In this document: positions 27,510-37,033 of the stretch, piece by piece
Layout: every line of letters starts with the position of its first letter
Position numbering within the stretch: the first letter of the stretch is position 1
Source: Piscinibacter sp.
Lineage (GTDB): Bacteria; Pseudomonadota; Gammaproteobacteria; Burkholderiales; Burkholderiaceae_C
DNA: 50,385 nucleotides
NCBI GenBank assembly: GCA_036401155.1
Contig: DASWVR010000096.1
Span: forward strand, 1 to 50,385
Direction of reading: 5' to 3'
The notes under the pieces: generated by a model
Told to the model about the DNA's origin: nothing
Databases searched by the model: none
Seen by the model: the letters and a program-made list of their open reading frames with translations, nothing else
Program-made: the position numbers and the translations under genes

Positions 27510-28991
27510 TCACTCCACGACCTTGACCAGTTGCCCCGGCTGCGGCTCGCCGCCGGCGTAGACGCCGTTGAGCAGGCGCAACTGCTCGACGGCACGCACC
27601 GGCAGTGGCGAGCGCCGCGCCAGCTCGGCGAAGCCGCCGCGAGGGTAGGGCACGCTGCGCAGCGTCCATGGCCGCGCGGCAAGGCGGTCGGAGCCGCTCA
27701 TCGCGCGGAAGGAAGCCGCCGCTTCGCGCAGCGCACCGTAGGCACGCTGCACCGCCTGCGCATCGCGGCCGGCGTACAACAGCAGGTAGTGGCGGTCCTG
27801 CGGGCCGGTGACGACCGTCACCTCGACCGGCTGCGACTGGCCCTGTTCGGTGCGGCGCGTACCGCTGAAGTGGGTGGCGGGCAGGCCGTTGAGGCTCAGC
27901 CGCTCGCTGCGGCCCTGGTCGGCACGCACCGCGTTGCGCAGGATCTCCTCGTGCGAACGGCCGGCCCGCTCCGGCACCGCCTGCATCACCAGCCCGGCCG
28001 TGCCCTCGGCATTGATGAGCGCCACCGCCTGCGAGGTGTTCTGGATCTTCCAGCCGGCAGGCGCCGTCAGCGCGATGCCCAGCGGCTCGTGATAGAAGCT
28101 GCGCCCGCGGATGACGCCTTGCTCGCGCGAATCGCCGAAGGTCATGCCGTTGATCATCTGCAGGTAGCGTGTGCGCTGGTCTTCGCCATAGGCGGCGCGA
28201 TACTGGGTCGCGATGCGCTGGATGTCGCGCAGCCGCTGGTCGTTGCTCGGGTGCGAGGCAAGCCAGCTCGGCTGCTGCGACGGCGAACGGCCTGCCGCGC
28301 GTGCTTCGTCGGCGGCGAAGCGCTCCCGGTCCTGGAGCACGCGGATCACGTCGACCATGTTGGTCGGGTTGTAGTTCACGCGCGCGAGGTACTCGGCGCC
28401 CAGCCGGTCGGCCTCGAGTTCCTGCTCGCGGCTGTACGAGGCAATGTAGCCGGCGGCGACGCTCTGCGAGACCTGCGACGCGAGGTCGCCGGCCCCGCTG
28501 ACCCCGCGGCCCTCGAGCACCGCGCCGAGGATGGTGGCCGCCAGCACGCCGAGCCCGGCGGTCTGCGTGCGTGTCGCCCGCTGGGCGCCGTGGCGCGCCG
28601 TGACATGGCCGATCTCGTGGCCGATCACGCCGGCGAGGTCGGCCTCGCTGTCCATGTAGGCCATCAGCCCGCGCGTCACGTAGATGTAGCCGCCGGGCAG
28701 TGCGAAGGCATTCACCTCCGGGCTGTCGACGACGGTGAAGTGCCAGTCGAGCTGCCCCCGGTGCGAGTTGCGCGCGAGGCGCTGGCCGATGTCGTTGACG
28801 TAGGACTGCAGGCGCGCGTCCTTGACCTCGCCGTACTCGGCCAGCACCTGCTGGTGCTGCTCGCGGCCGGTGGCGATCTCGCTGCGCTCGTCCATCACCG
28901 TGCGCTCGACCTTGCCCGATACCGGGTTTTCGACGGTCGAGCATGCCGCCAGGGCGGCGCTGAGCAACACGGCAACGAACAACGGGCGCAT
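27510..28991 (-). CDS. M48-family metalloprotease lipoprotein
   Basis: Lipobox LAAC; NAFALPGG; GHEIGH; YSREQELEAD; SHP; AGGAGG RBS. Confidence 0.93.
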   Translation of the reverse strand: MRPLFVAVLLSAALAACSTVENPVSGKVERTVMDERSEIATGREQHQQVLAEYGEVKDARLQSYVNDIGQRLARNSHRGQLDWHFTVVDSPEVNAFALPGGYIYVTRGLMAYMDSEADLAGVIGHEIGHVTARHGAQRATRTQTAGLGVLAATILGAVLEGRGVSGAGDLASQVSQSVAAGYIASYSREQELEADRLGAEYLARVNYNPTNMVDVIRVLQDRERFAADEARAAGRSPSQQPSWLASHPSNDQRLRDIQRIATQYRAAYGEDQRTRYLQMINGMTFGDSREQGVIRGRSFYHEPLGIALTAPAGWKIQNTSQAVALINAEGTAGLVMQAVPERAGRSHEEILRNAVRADQGRSERLSLNGLPATHFSGTRRTEQGQSQPVEVTVVTGPQDRHYLLLYAGRDAQAVQRAYGALREAAASFRAMSGSDRLAARPWTLRSVPYPRGGFAELARRSPLPVRAVEQLRLLNGVYAGGEPQPGQLVKVVE

Positions 28992-29066
28992 CGGATGCCT
29001 CCTTGGTGGCAAGCGCAGGGCGCACGAACACGAGGCCGTGCAGCGCGGCGTTCAACAGCGAGAAAG

Positions 29067-29082
29067 AGCAATTCGCATGCCG
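29067..29082 (-). promoter_or_regulatory. sigma54 -24/-12 promoter
   Basis: cGGCATGCGAATTGCt on minus strand. Confidence 0.8.
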
Positions 29083-29165
29083 GCCACGGTCGAGGCTCCG
29101 GCCGGCGTTGCCGGTGCGGCGACGCGGCTCCGGCAGGAGGCGTGTGTAAAGGGTGGCGGCGAACG

Positions 29166-30317
29166 TCAGCCGGCGATGCGGTCCGCCTCGGCGCTCGCCC
29201 GCTGCTGCGCGCCTTCGGCCGCGGCAATCACCATCTCCGCCGTCACGCCCTTGGCGCACGGGTGGTCGTACGGGCATTGAGCAAAGCTGCACGGCCGGCA
29301 CGGCACCAGGTGCCACAGCACCTGGTGGCGTGAGCCGTCCGGCGGCGCCCAGCGCGTCACGTCGTCGCCGGAGCTGATCACCACGCTGCGGGTGCCGAGC
29401 GCCGCGGCGATGTGCGACACGCCGGTGTCGTTGCAGATCAGCAGGCCCGCGCGTTCGATCAGTGCGCCCAGCGTCCACAGGCTGGTCTTGCCGGCCAGGT
29501 TGACCGCAGGCTGCGTCATCGCCTGCTCGACCTGGCTTGCCAGCGCCGCCTCGCCGGCGTTGCCGGTCAGCACCACGGTGAAGCCGCGGCCGGCCAGCAC
29601 GTCGGCGACCTGCGCAAATCGTGCGGCGGGCCAGCGACGCGAGGGCAGCTGCGCACCCGCATGCACGCACACGTAGGGCCGGCCCGCGTAGGCGCCGGGC
29701 CAGACGCTGGCCAGCTCGATGCGGTCGGTGTCGTTGATCGGGAACTCGAGCGCGCTGCCGCAACGCGGGATGCCGAGGTGATCGACCAGCGCGAGCAGGC
29801 GCTCGACCTCATGGCCCTGCTGCGGCCACGGCGCGAACAGAGCCGGCTCCGGCGCGAAGCCGCCGGGTTCGATGAAGCCGGCCGCGTGGCGGGCCCCCCA
29901 CGCGGCGACCAGCGGGTTGGTGATCGTGCCGCTGCCGTGCAGCTGCAGCAGCAGGTCGAAGCACTCGTCCTGCATCCGGCGCAGGAAGTCGGGCAGGGCG
30001 CCGAGATCGGCGATCGTCTCGGGCAGGCCGGGATAGCCCGGGAACTCGACGAACCGGTCGACCATGCCCAGGCGCTGCGCCAGCTCGCGGGCCCAGGGCA
30101 GGCCGATAAGCGTCAGCTCGGCGTGAGGCCAAGCGCCCTTGATCGCACGCAGGGCAGGCACGGCGCACAGCATCTCGCCCAGCATCAGCGCGCGAAACAC
30201 GCCGATGCGCACCGGCGCCAGCTCGGCCCACCAGCTGGTGTCGACGGCTGTCTGCGGATGCAGCGGGACGACGTTGGCGCTGCTGCTGCCGATGCCCGGG
30301 GGGTGCATCGTGTGCAT
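29166..30317 (-). CDS. GT9 (heptosyltransferase-like) glycosyltransferase
   Basis: RALMLGE, HAGA...RRWP, NDTGVSHIAAA, C..C...CP..H.C tail; TGATG coupling to upstream gene. Confidence 0.9.
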   Translation of the reverse strand: MHTMHPPGIGSSSANVVPLHPQTAVDTSWWAELAPVRIGVFRALMLGEMLCAVPALRAIKGAWPHAELTLIGLPWARELAQRLGMVDRFVEFPGYPGLPETIADLGALPDFLRRMQDECFDLLLQLHGSGTITNPLVAAWGARHAAGFIEPGGFAPEPALFAPWPQQGHEVERLLALVDHLGIPRCGSALEFPINDTDRIELASVWPGAYAGRPYVCVHAGAQLPSRRWPAARFAQVADVLAGRGFTVVLTGNAGEAALASQVEQAMTQPAVNLAGKTSLWTLGALIERAGLLICNDTGVSHIAAALGTRSVVISSGDDVTRWAPPDGSRHQVLWHLVPCRPCSFAQCPYDHPCAKGVTAEMVIAAAEGAQQRASAEADRIAG

Positions 30318-31498
30318 CAGTTGACTGCCCGCAGCGGCAGGCTCGCCGCCGACGTGGCCGGCAGCACCGGGCGATGGCTGTGCGGGCTCAACGGCACCCC
30401 GGGCGGCAGGCGGATCAGCGACAGCGCCGCCCGCGCGACCGCCGCGGGCTCGACCCGCCGCAGGCAGTCGTGGTGCTGCTCGGGGCAGACGCTCTGCAGG
30501 CAATTGCGGCAAGGCACGTCGTGGTTGAGCACCAGCGAGGGCACCTTCCACGGCGTGTGCTGCGGGTGGGTCAGCGCATACAGCACGGCCACCGGTGTGC
30601 CGACGGCCGCGGCGATGTGCACCGGCCCGTCGTTGTTGCAGACGATGACCTGGGCGCCGGCGATCAGCGCCGCCAGTTCGCCGAGCGTGAGTTCGCCAGC
30701 GAGGCAGATGCCCGGCTGATCGAGCTGGTCCTGCGCCTGTTCGACGAGCGGCCGTTCGTCGGCGCCGCCGATGAAGACGACCTGGCAGCCGGTGTCGTCG
30801 ACGATCGATTGCGCGGCGATGCCGAAGCGCTCCGCGGGGTAGCGGTGCGCTGCGGCGGCGGCGCCAGGGTGCACCACGATGTAGGGGCGCAGCAGGTCGC
30901 CGCCGGCGTCGACGAACTTGCGCCGCATGCCGAGCACGTCGGCGGCGGGGTAGCGGAACTGCATGCGTTCGTCGCAGGCGTGGAAGCCGACCGACCTGAC
31001 GAGCTCCAGCTGGCGCGTGACCTCGTGGCGCATGCCGGTGCGGCACACCTCGCTGTCGGGCAGCCATTGCGTCAGCAGGTCGCAGGGGTCCTCGCGGCTG
31101 TAGGCGAGCCGCAGCGCGATGCCGGCCAGCCGGCACATCAGGGCGGCCGGCAGCGAGCTTTGCGTGCATGCGGTGAAGATGATCGCGGCGTCGAACTGCC
31201 GCATCGTCAACTCGTTGATCAGCCGCTTGTCCTCATGCGCGTTGCGCCCGGCAGGCAGGCCGTGGGTCCATGGCGCGTCGTAGACGATGGCGTCGTCGAG
31301 CGCCGGGATGTGGGCGAGCGACGCCGCGCCGGCGCGCGACGTGAGCAGCGTGATCTTCGCCTCGGGGAGGCACTGCCGCACGGCGGCGATCGCCGGCGTG
31401 GTCATGATCACCTCGCCAAGCTCGTCGAGCCGCACGAGCAGCACGTTGCGCGCGTCGAACCACGGCCGCTGCGCCATCGCTTGCAGCGGATGGCTCAT
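30317..31498 (-). CDS. GT9 (heptosyltransferase-like) glycosyltransferase
   Basis: VRLDELGEVIMTTPA, VHPGA, NNDGPVHIAAAVGTP, CRNC...CP..HHDC; ATGA coupling. Confidence 0.9.
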   Translation of the reverse strand: MSHPLQAMAQRPWFDARNVLLVRLDELGEVIMTTPAIAAVRQCLPEAKITLLTSRAGAASLAHIPALDDAIVYDAPWTHGLPAGRNAHEDKRLINELTMRQFDAAIIFTACTQSSLPAALMCRLAGIALRLAYSREDPCDLLTQWLPDSEVCRTGMRHEVTRQLELVRSVGFHACDERMQFRYPAADVLGMRRKFVDAGGDLLRPYIVVHPGAAAAAHRYPAERFGIAAQSIVDDTGCQVVFIGGADERPLVEQAQDQLDQPGICLAGELTLGELAALIAGAQVIVCNNDGPVHIAAAVGTPVAVLYALTHPQHTPWKVPSLVLNHDVPCRNCLQSVCPEQHHDCLRRVEPAAVARAALSLIRLPPGVPLSPHSHRPVLPATSAASLPLRAVN

Positions 31499-32256
31499 GA
31501 AAACCGCCCGATGTCGCCGGCCTGCACACGTGCCGCGCGGGTGCCGCGTGCCAGCGCCTGCAGCGCCGAGGCGGCGTGGCGCATCAGCCCCGGCGGCTCG
31601 TCGCGTTGCGGCAGCGGCGCCTCCAGCGCCACGCCCGCGTCGTGCGGGGTCGCGGCCTCGTCCGACGCAATGATCGTGCGCGCCGCCTCGAGCAGGTCGT
31701 GCGCGCGGTGGTGCGGTGTGCGCAGCGGCGACATGCGCCACGCCGTCTCGCTGCCGACGTCCAGCATTACCGTGCGGCAGCCGGCGCGCCGGCCGGCCTC
31801 GACGTCGTCGAGAAGGTCGCCCACCATCCACGAACGCTGCAGGTCGAGGCGGTGGGTGCGAGCCGCCTGGCGCAGCAGGCCGGGCGCGGGCTTGCGGCAC
31901 AGGCAGGCAGGCACCGGGCCGGCCGGTCCGGGCGCGTGCGTGCAGGCGTAGAAGTCGGCCAGCGGCACGCCTTCGCGCTGCATCATCTCGGTGAGCGCGA
32001 GTTGCAGCCGGGTCAGCTCGGCGCGCGTGAAGCGGCCGTAGGCCAGGCCGGGTTCATTGCTCACGACGATCAGCGGGTAGCCGCGCTCGGCCAGCAGGCG
32101 CAGGGCCTCGAGCGCGTGCGCAGTGAAGCGCAGCCGTGCCGGATCGACGTTGTCGGGCACGTTTTCGAGCAAGGTGCCGTCCTTGTCGATGAAGACGGCC
32201 GCCCGGGCGGGGAGTGCATCCGCCGCGCCGTCGTGCCCTGAAAAGATCGCGCTCAT
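31495..32256 (-). CDS. HAD-IIIA phosphatase, GmhB-like (heptose-bisphosphate phosphatase)
   Basis: FIDKDGTL, CxH...CxCRKP, WMVGD..DDVEAG. Confidence 0.88.
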   Translation of the reverse strand: MSAIFSGHDGAADALPARAAVFIDKDGTLLENVPDNVDPARLRFTAHALEALRLLAERGYPLIVVSNEPGLAYGRFTRAELTRLQLALTEMMQREGVPLADFYACTHAPGPAGPVPACLCRKPAPGLLRQAARTHRLDLQRSWMVGDLLDDVEAGRRAGCRTVMLDVGSETAWRMSPLRTPHHRAHDLLEAARTIIASDEAATPHDAGVALEAPLPQRDEPPGLMRHAASALQALARGTRAARVQAGDIGRFS

Positions 32257-32312
32257 CCCGGAGTTGCTCCCAGCAGCCTGCACGCTTCGGAGGATGAAGC
32301 GCCATCTGACAC

Positions 32313-32328
32313 GGCAATTCCCGTACCC
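32313..32328 (-). promoter_or_regulatory. sigma54 -24/-12 promoter
   Basis: gGGTACGGGAATTGCc on minus strand. Confidence 0.7.
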
Positions 32329-32452
32329 GAATCGCGGGTACAGCAGTGCTGGCTGGCGCTGCTGCAGCGCGGTCGAGGCTTGGCGCAAAGCGTGGGGCGG
32401 CGTCGGCGTGCTGCGGAGCCGTCATGCTTGCCGCTGAACTTGCAGCGGCGTG

Positions 32453-32863
32453 TCAGCCGGCGAGCTCGTCGCCGGCGTCGGTCTCGTCGTCCTCTCGCGA
32501 GATGAGGTCGTCGACTTCGTCGAGCTCGACGAGGTCGAGCTCGGCGTCGATGGCCGCGCCATCGTCTTCCGCGGCCTCGGCCATGTCCTGCACGCGGTCC
32601 GGAAGAATGTCGTTGCCTTCGCGCGCGGCTTCGTCGAGCAGGGCCGAACCGCGCTCGCCGGTGCCGCCGGAGTCGCTGTCGCTGTCCAGCCCCGGCTGCG
32701 TGCCCGTCTTGAACTCGTCGAGATCGGCGGGCGACGCGAGATCGAGTTCACCCTGCACGTCGCTGCCGCTGTCCGAACTGTCGCTCGGTCCCAGGGCTTC
32801 GACGTCCCGTCCCGTGGCTTGCGAGGGCGCGCGATCCGCGCCGGTGATGCTGCTGGTGGCCAT
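32453..32863 (-). CDS. Highly acidic hypothetical protein (LGPSDSSDSGSD motif)
   Basis: AGGAG RBS; DSDSGGTGER motif; upstream sigma54 motif. Confidence 0.8.
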   Translation of the reverse strand: MATSSITGADRAPSQATGRDVEALGPSDSSDSGSDVQGELDLASPADLDEFKTGTQPGLDSDSDSGGTGERGSALLDEAAREGNDILPDRVQDMAEAAEDDGAAIDAELDLVELDEVDDLISREDDETDAGDELAG

Positions 32864-32894
32864 GTCCGTCTCCTGCTGAATGAATTCCACAGCT

Positions 32895-32910
32895 GGCAAA
32901 TGGGGTGCCG
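32895..32910 (-). promoter_or_regulatory. sigma54 -24/-12 promoter
   Basis: cGGCACCCCATTTGCc on minus strand. Confidence 0.8.
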
Positions 32911-32945
32911 CGCGCCTGTCGGCGCAGGCCTCGCCGCGGCCCCAT

Positions 32946-32961
32946 AGGCACCCGATTTGCC
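32946..32961 (+). promoter_or_regulatory. sigma54 -24/-12 promoter
   Basis: aGGCACCCGATTTGCc. Confidence 0.8.
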
Positions 32962-33006
32962 CGCCCACGGGTGTGCGATCTGCACGTTCAACCGAAGGAG
33001 TCTTCA

Positions 33007-33294
33007 ATGAACGATCAATCACGTCGAAATCAACCCCAGCAGCCGCAAGACCAGCAACGCCAGCAGGAGCAGGCGAGCACCAATCGGCCCAGCACCAAGC
33101 GCGATCAGGGCGGTCAGGCCAGCGAATCCGGCCAGCGTTCCCGCCAGAGCCGTGAGAGCGGCATGAATCGGCAAAGCGGCAGCAGCGATTCGCAATCCGG
33201 GCGTTCGAGTGCCGGCGAATCGTCACGTTCGCAACAGGGCGGCTCGCAAAGCAACCGCAGCCTGCGTTCGGACGACGAGAGCAGCCTCGACTGA
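33007..33294 (+). CDS. Gln/Ser/Arg-rich disordered hydrophilin (95 aa)
   Basis: AAGGAG RBS; promoter upstream and terminator downstream. Confidence 0.75.
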   Translation: MNDQSRRNQPQQPQDQQRQQEQASTNRPSTKRDQGGQASESGQRSRQSRESGMNRQSGSSDSQSGRSSAGESSRSQQGGSQSNRSLRSDDESSLD

Positions 33295-33327
33295 GGACCC
33301 TGCTTCGCCCTCAACGGGCGAACGATG

Positions 33328-33369
33328 AAAAAAGAAGGCCCGCCGGGCGTGGACCGGCGGGCCTTCTTC
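33328..33369. terminator. Bidirectional intrinsic terminator
   Basis: AAGAAGGCCCGCCGG-loop-CCGGCGGGCCTTCTT between convergent genes. Confidence 0.85.
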
Positions 33370-33378
33370 ATGCGTCGA

Positions 33379-33693
33379 TCAGCGCGAAGAGGCGATCTTG
33401 CTCAGCACGACACCGGCGAGCACGCCGATGGCCAGCGCGGTGAGCGGGTTCTCGCGCACGTAGCCGCGCGCGTTCTCGACCCACTGCTCCTCGATCTCGC
33501 CGAACGCGTCGGCCTTGGCGCGCAGCGTTTCCGCGGTATGGGTGGTTGTGCCGCGCAGGCGCTCGACGGCCGGCCCGGCTTTCGAGGCCAGGCGGTCGAT
33601 CGCTTCGTGCGCGGACTGCGCCACACGATCGACCGTGCTGAGCGTGCGCTCGGCTGCGGCGTCGGCGGCGTTTTCGGTGGTAATGGTATCCAT
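33379..33693 (-). CDS. DUF883/ElaB/YqjD-family membrane-anchored protein
   Basis: C-terminal YVRENPLTALAIGVLAGVVL; AGGAGG RBS. Confidence 0.88.
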   Translation of the reverse strand: MDTITTENAADAAAERTLSTVDRVAQSAHEAIDRLASKAGPAVERLRGTTTHTAETLRAKADAFGEIEEQWVENARGYVRENPLTALAIGVLAGVVLSKIASSR

Positions 33694-33780
33694 GGGGCCT
33701 CCTGATGGCGATCCAACAAAGGTTCCGCCGCCCACGCTGGCGAGGGCGGCGGAGTTCATTTCAACACGCTTCCGGGACGC

Positions 33781-34050
33781 TCAGCGCACCCTGCCGCGAC
33801 GGAACAGGTTCACGATCCCCAGCAGCACGATGGCGCCGAGCAGCGAGACCACGAACGAGCCGACGCTGAAGCCGGTATTGATGCTCGGGACGCCCACCAA
33901 CGGAGAGATCAGCCAGCCGGCGACCGCGGCACCGACGATGCCGACCACCACGTTCAGGATGACACCTTGTTGTGCGTCCGTCCGCATGATCATGCTGGCG
34001 ATCCAGCCTACCAAACCGCCAACTACCAGCCACACGATGAAGTTGATCAT
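33781..34050 (-). CDS. GlsB/YeaQ/YmgE stress-response membrane protein
   Basis: WLVVGGLVGWIAS...NVVVGIVGA...SLLGAIVLL; AAGGA RBS. Confidence 0.93.
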   Translation of the reverse strand: MINFIVWLVVGGLVGWIASMIMRTDAQQGVILNVVVGIVGAAVAGWLISPLVGVPSINTGFSVGSFVVSLLGAIVLLGIVNLFRRGRVR

Positions 34051-34128
34051 GGAAGTGGTCCTTTCATTGAATGAATCGAAGGAAAGCCGGCCACCACCAC
34101 AGAACGGCAACTGGCCTCGCCACCTCTC

Positions 34129-34144
34129 GGCAAATGGCATGCCG
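34129..34144 (-). promoter_or_regulatory. sigma54 -24/-12 promoter
   Basis: cGGCATGCCATTTGCc on minus strand. Confidence 0.8.
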
Positions 34145-34358
34145 CTGTCCAGCTGCAGCGCCGCCGGACAGCGTTTACTCGTTGATCTCCAACGGTTTTT
34201 CCGATCCGGGCAAGGCGCCGGAAGGCGCCTGCGGAGCGATCTGCACGGCGCCGCGCTTCCGGGGAAGAATTGCAGCGCGCTGTAAGCGCTGCCGACGCCG
34301 GCGCCCGTGCGCAGGTGGATTTGCTGGCTTGAAGGCCCTTTGCTGCGCTGCACCGAGC

Positions 34359-34374
34359 GGGCACGGCGCTTGCG
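34359..34374 (+). promoter_or_regulatory. sigma54 -24/-12 promoter
   Basis: gGGCACGGCGCTTGCg. Confidence 0.8.
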
Positions 34375-34416
34375 GCTTGGGGGAATGCCGCGAGGCGCCG
34401 AGCCATTAGAGAGACG

Positions 34417-36114
34417 ATGAGGCCAACACCCAAGGACACCGAGCCCCGAGCCCCCCGGCGGCGCGCGCCGTCGAAAAAAGCGGGGGCACGGGCCAGCGCA
34501 TCGACGCCGGACTCCGAAGGGGAGGCCCTGCTCGGTGAAAGCCATTTCCGACGCTTTGCGGAAAGCAGCGACGACGTCTTCTGGCTGGCCGACCTCGACA
34601 GTGGCCGCCTGCTCTACGTGAGTCCGCGTGTCGAGGCCCTGTGGGGCGTCGACGCCGGCACCCTGCTGCGCGAGCCCTCGCGCTGGGCCGACGCCGTGCT
34701 CGAAGACGACGCCGCGCAACTGCCCGATCCCTTCTTTGCCGACGATCCCGCGTGCGAAGAGAGCGTGCGCGAGTACCGCATCCGTTCGCGCAGCGGCGAA
34801 GTGCGCTGGATCCGCGACCGGCGCTTTCGCGTCGTCGGCACCGACGGCGACTCGCCTCGCATCGGCGGTATCGCCGAGGACGTGACCGAGCGCAAGTGGC
34901 GCGAGATCGAATGTGCCGAGTTGCTGCAGCGCGAACGCGAGGCGCGTTCGGACGCCGAGGCGGTGGCGCTGGCCAAGGACGAATTCCTGGCCGTCGTCAC
35001 GCACGAGCTGCGCTCGCCGCTGAACGCCATCCGCGGCTGGGCGCACGTGCTGCGACACAGCGCCGAGCTGCAGCCGGCCCAGATCCGCGCGCTCGACGCG
35101 ATCGACCGCAACACACAGGCGCAGGCGAACCTCGTCGACGACCTGCTCGACAGCCAGCGCATCCTGTGCGGCAAGCTCGAACTCGAGCGCGCCCGCGTGC
35201 AGCTGGCCGCCGTGATCGAGGAGGCGGCCGAAGCGGTGCGGCCGGCGGCGCAGGCCAAGCGCATCCGCCTGGAGCTATCGCACGACCCGGCGCTCGGCAT
35301 CGTCAACGTGGACCCCGACCGCTTGCGCCAAGCGCTGCTCAAGCTGCTCTCCAACGCCGTCAAGTTCACGCCCGAAGACGGCATCGTGAGCGTGTGCAGC
35401 CGCCATCACGCCGACGGCGTCGCGATCGACGTGCACGACACCGGCGCCGGCCTCGAGCTGTCGCAGCTGCCGCTGATGTTCGACCGCTTCCAGCAGGGCG
35501 ACAGTTCGCGCACCCGGCGCGCGAGCGGGCTCGGGCTCGGCTTGTCCCTGGCGCAGCAGCTCATCGAGCTGCACGGCGGCAGCATCCGCGTCGACAGCGC
35601 CGGCGTCGGCCGCGGCTCGACCTTCACGGTCGAACTGCCCCGCGATGCCTTGTGCGACACGCGGCAGGCGCCGGACGATCCCGCCGCACCCGCGTCGCTC
35701 GCCGGCAAGCGGGTCGTCATCGTCGAGGACGACGACGACGGCCGGGAGGTACTGGGCCTGATCCTGCGCGGTGCGCAGATCGAGCTGCACAGCTTCAGCC
35801 GCGCGGCCGCCGCCTACGACTACCTCGCGCACGCGCCGCCGCACGAGCAGCCCGACGCGCTGATCTCCGACATCGCGATGCCCGATGAAGACGGCTACCA
35901 GTTCATCCGCCGCGTGCGCGAGATGGAGGGAGGACAGCACCGTCCGCGCACCGTGGCGCTTGCGCTGACCTCCTTTGCCCGGGTGGAGGATCGGCTGCGG
36001 GCGTTGAAGGCGGGCTTCGATGCGCACGTCGCCAAGCCGATCGATCCCGAGCGGGTGCTGCGCACGCTGGCGGAGATCCTGCGCCTGACGTCCGGCGAGC
36101 GCGCGCCGGCCTGA
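34417..36114 (+). CDS. Cytoplasmic PAS hybrid histidine kinase
   Basis: PAS/PAC (GEVRWIRD, EDVTERK), THELRSPL, NAVKFT, receiver ISDIAMP...HVAKP. Confidence 0.92.
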   Translation: MRPTPKDTEPRAPRRRAPSKKAGARASASTPDSEGEALLGESHFRRFAESSDDVFWLADLDSGRLLYVSPRVEALWGVDAGTLLREPSRWADAVLEDDAAQLPDPFFADDPACEESVREYRIRSRSGEVRWIRDRRFRVVGTDGDSPRIGGIAEDVTERKWREIECAELLQREREARSDAEAVALAKDEFLAVVTHELRSPLNAIRGWAHVLRHSAELQPAQIRALDAIDRNTQAQANLVDDLLDSQRILCGKLELERARVQLAAVIEEAAEAVRPAAQAKRIRLELSHDPALGIVNVDPDRLRQALLKLLSNAVKFTPEDGIVSVCSRHHADGVAIDVHDTGAGLELSQLPLMFDRFQQGDSSRTRRASGLGLGLSLAQQLIELHGGSIRVDSAGVGRGSTFTVELPRDALCDTRQAPDDPAAPASLAGKRVVIVEDDDDGREVLGLILRGAQIELHSFSRAAAAYDYLAHAPPHEQPDALISDIAMPDEDGYQFIRRVREMEGGQHRPRTVALALTSFARVEDRLRALKAGFDAHVAKPIDPERVLRTLAEILRLTSGERAPA

Positions 36115-36119
36115 AGGCC

Positions 36120-36491
36120 TCAGGCCGCGCAGTCGTCGAGGAAACTCTCGATCACCGACGGGTCCACCGGCTTGACCAGGTGGGCGTCGAAGCCGGCCTG
36201 GGCGGTCTTTTCGCGGTCGCCGGGTTGGCCATAGCCCGTCAACGCCGCGATCACGATGTCGCGTCCGAAGGGCGTCGAGCGCAAGGCCTTGGCGACCTCG
36301 TAGCCGCTCATGCCCGGCAGGCCGAGATCGCAGAAAACGATCTCGGGCCGAAAGTCCTCCGCCAGCGCCAGCCCACGCGCGCCATCGCCGGCGATGCGGG
36401 CGTCGTGTCCCGACAGCGCCAGCAACTGGGCCAGCGATTCGGCGGCATCGATGTTGTCATCGATCAGCAGCACCCGACGGGCTGTGCTCAT
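36120..36491 (-). CDS. Single-domain response regulator
   Basis: VLLIDDN, FCDLGLPGMSG, ALTGYG, HLVKPVD; GGAG RBS. Confidence 0.92.
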   Translation of the reverse strand: MSTARRVLLIDDNIDAAESLAQLLALSGHDARIAGDGARGLALAEDFRPEIVFCDLGLPGMSGYEVAKALRSTPFGRDIVIAALTGYGQPGDREKTAQAGFDAHLVKPVDPSVIESFLDDCAA

Positions 36492-36541
36492 TCTTTTGTC
36501 TCCAGCAGGCGCTCGTGAAGTGGAGGGCCGATCGAAGGCTA

Positions 36542-36557
36542 TGCAAGCGGAGTGCCG
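36542..36557 (-). promoter_or_regulatory. sigma54 -24/-12 promoter
   Basis: cGGCACTCCGCTTGCa on minus strand. Confidence 0.8.
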
Positions 36558-36762
36558 TGTTTCGCTCCGAGGCAAGCGTGTGAAAAGACCCTTGTGTCCG
36601 GTAAGACTTGCACAGCAAATATTGCTTGTATTCCAGGATTTGCCGACGAGGCGAGCGGTCGGGACGACACGACGCGTGTGGATCGAAGCGCGATGTGCGC
36701 TACGGCCCTTCCCTCGAAACAGCCGGCGTTGCGAGGGCGCTTCCGGCGCCGTGCGGAAGAGC

Positions 36763-36778
36763 TGGTACAGCCTTTGCT
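36763..36778 (+). promoter_or_regulatory. sigma54 -24/-12 promoter of candidate sRNA
   Basis: tGGTACAGCCTTTGCt. Confidence 0.7.
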
Positions 36779-36788
36779 CTAGAGCGTT

Positions 36789-36968
36789 CAGGAGTGGCCA
36801 GCGCGCGTCGGTCCACCAGACGCCCTGCGCGAACCCTCCGCCCGTTTTTCCGGCTCGAGCATCCAACTGCGGCGCTCCTCCCCCCTTCCTCCCGACTCAT
36901 TGGGCGACGTGGGCTCGAGACGGTGTTTTTTCACCAGCAAAAGGGCCGCGCACTGCGCGGCCCTTTCT
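36789..36968 (+). ncRNA. Candidate sigma54-dependent small RNA with CU-rich anti-SD motif
   Basis: Promoter motif upstream, terminator hairpin at end, no credible ORF, CTCCTCCCCCTTCCTCCC tract. Confidence 0.5.
36939..36968. terminator. Bidirectional intrinsic terminator
   Basis: AAAAGGGCCGCGCA-CT-GCGCGGCCCTTTCT. Confidence 0.85.
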
Positions 36969-37033
36969 GCTTTCTGGTCTGCGGCGTCTGCGACGCCGCC
37001 CCGCGCGAGCGTGAGGCGGCGAGCAGGCCTCGC

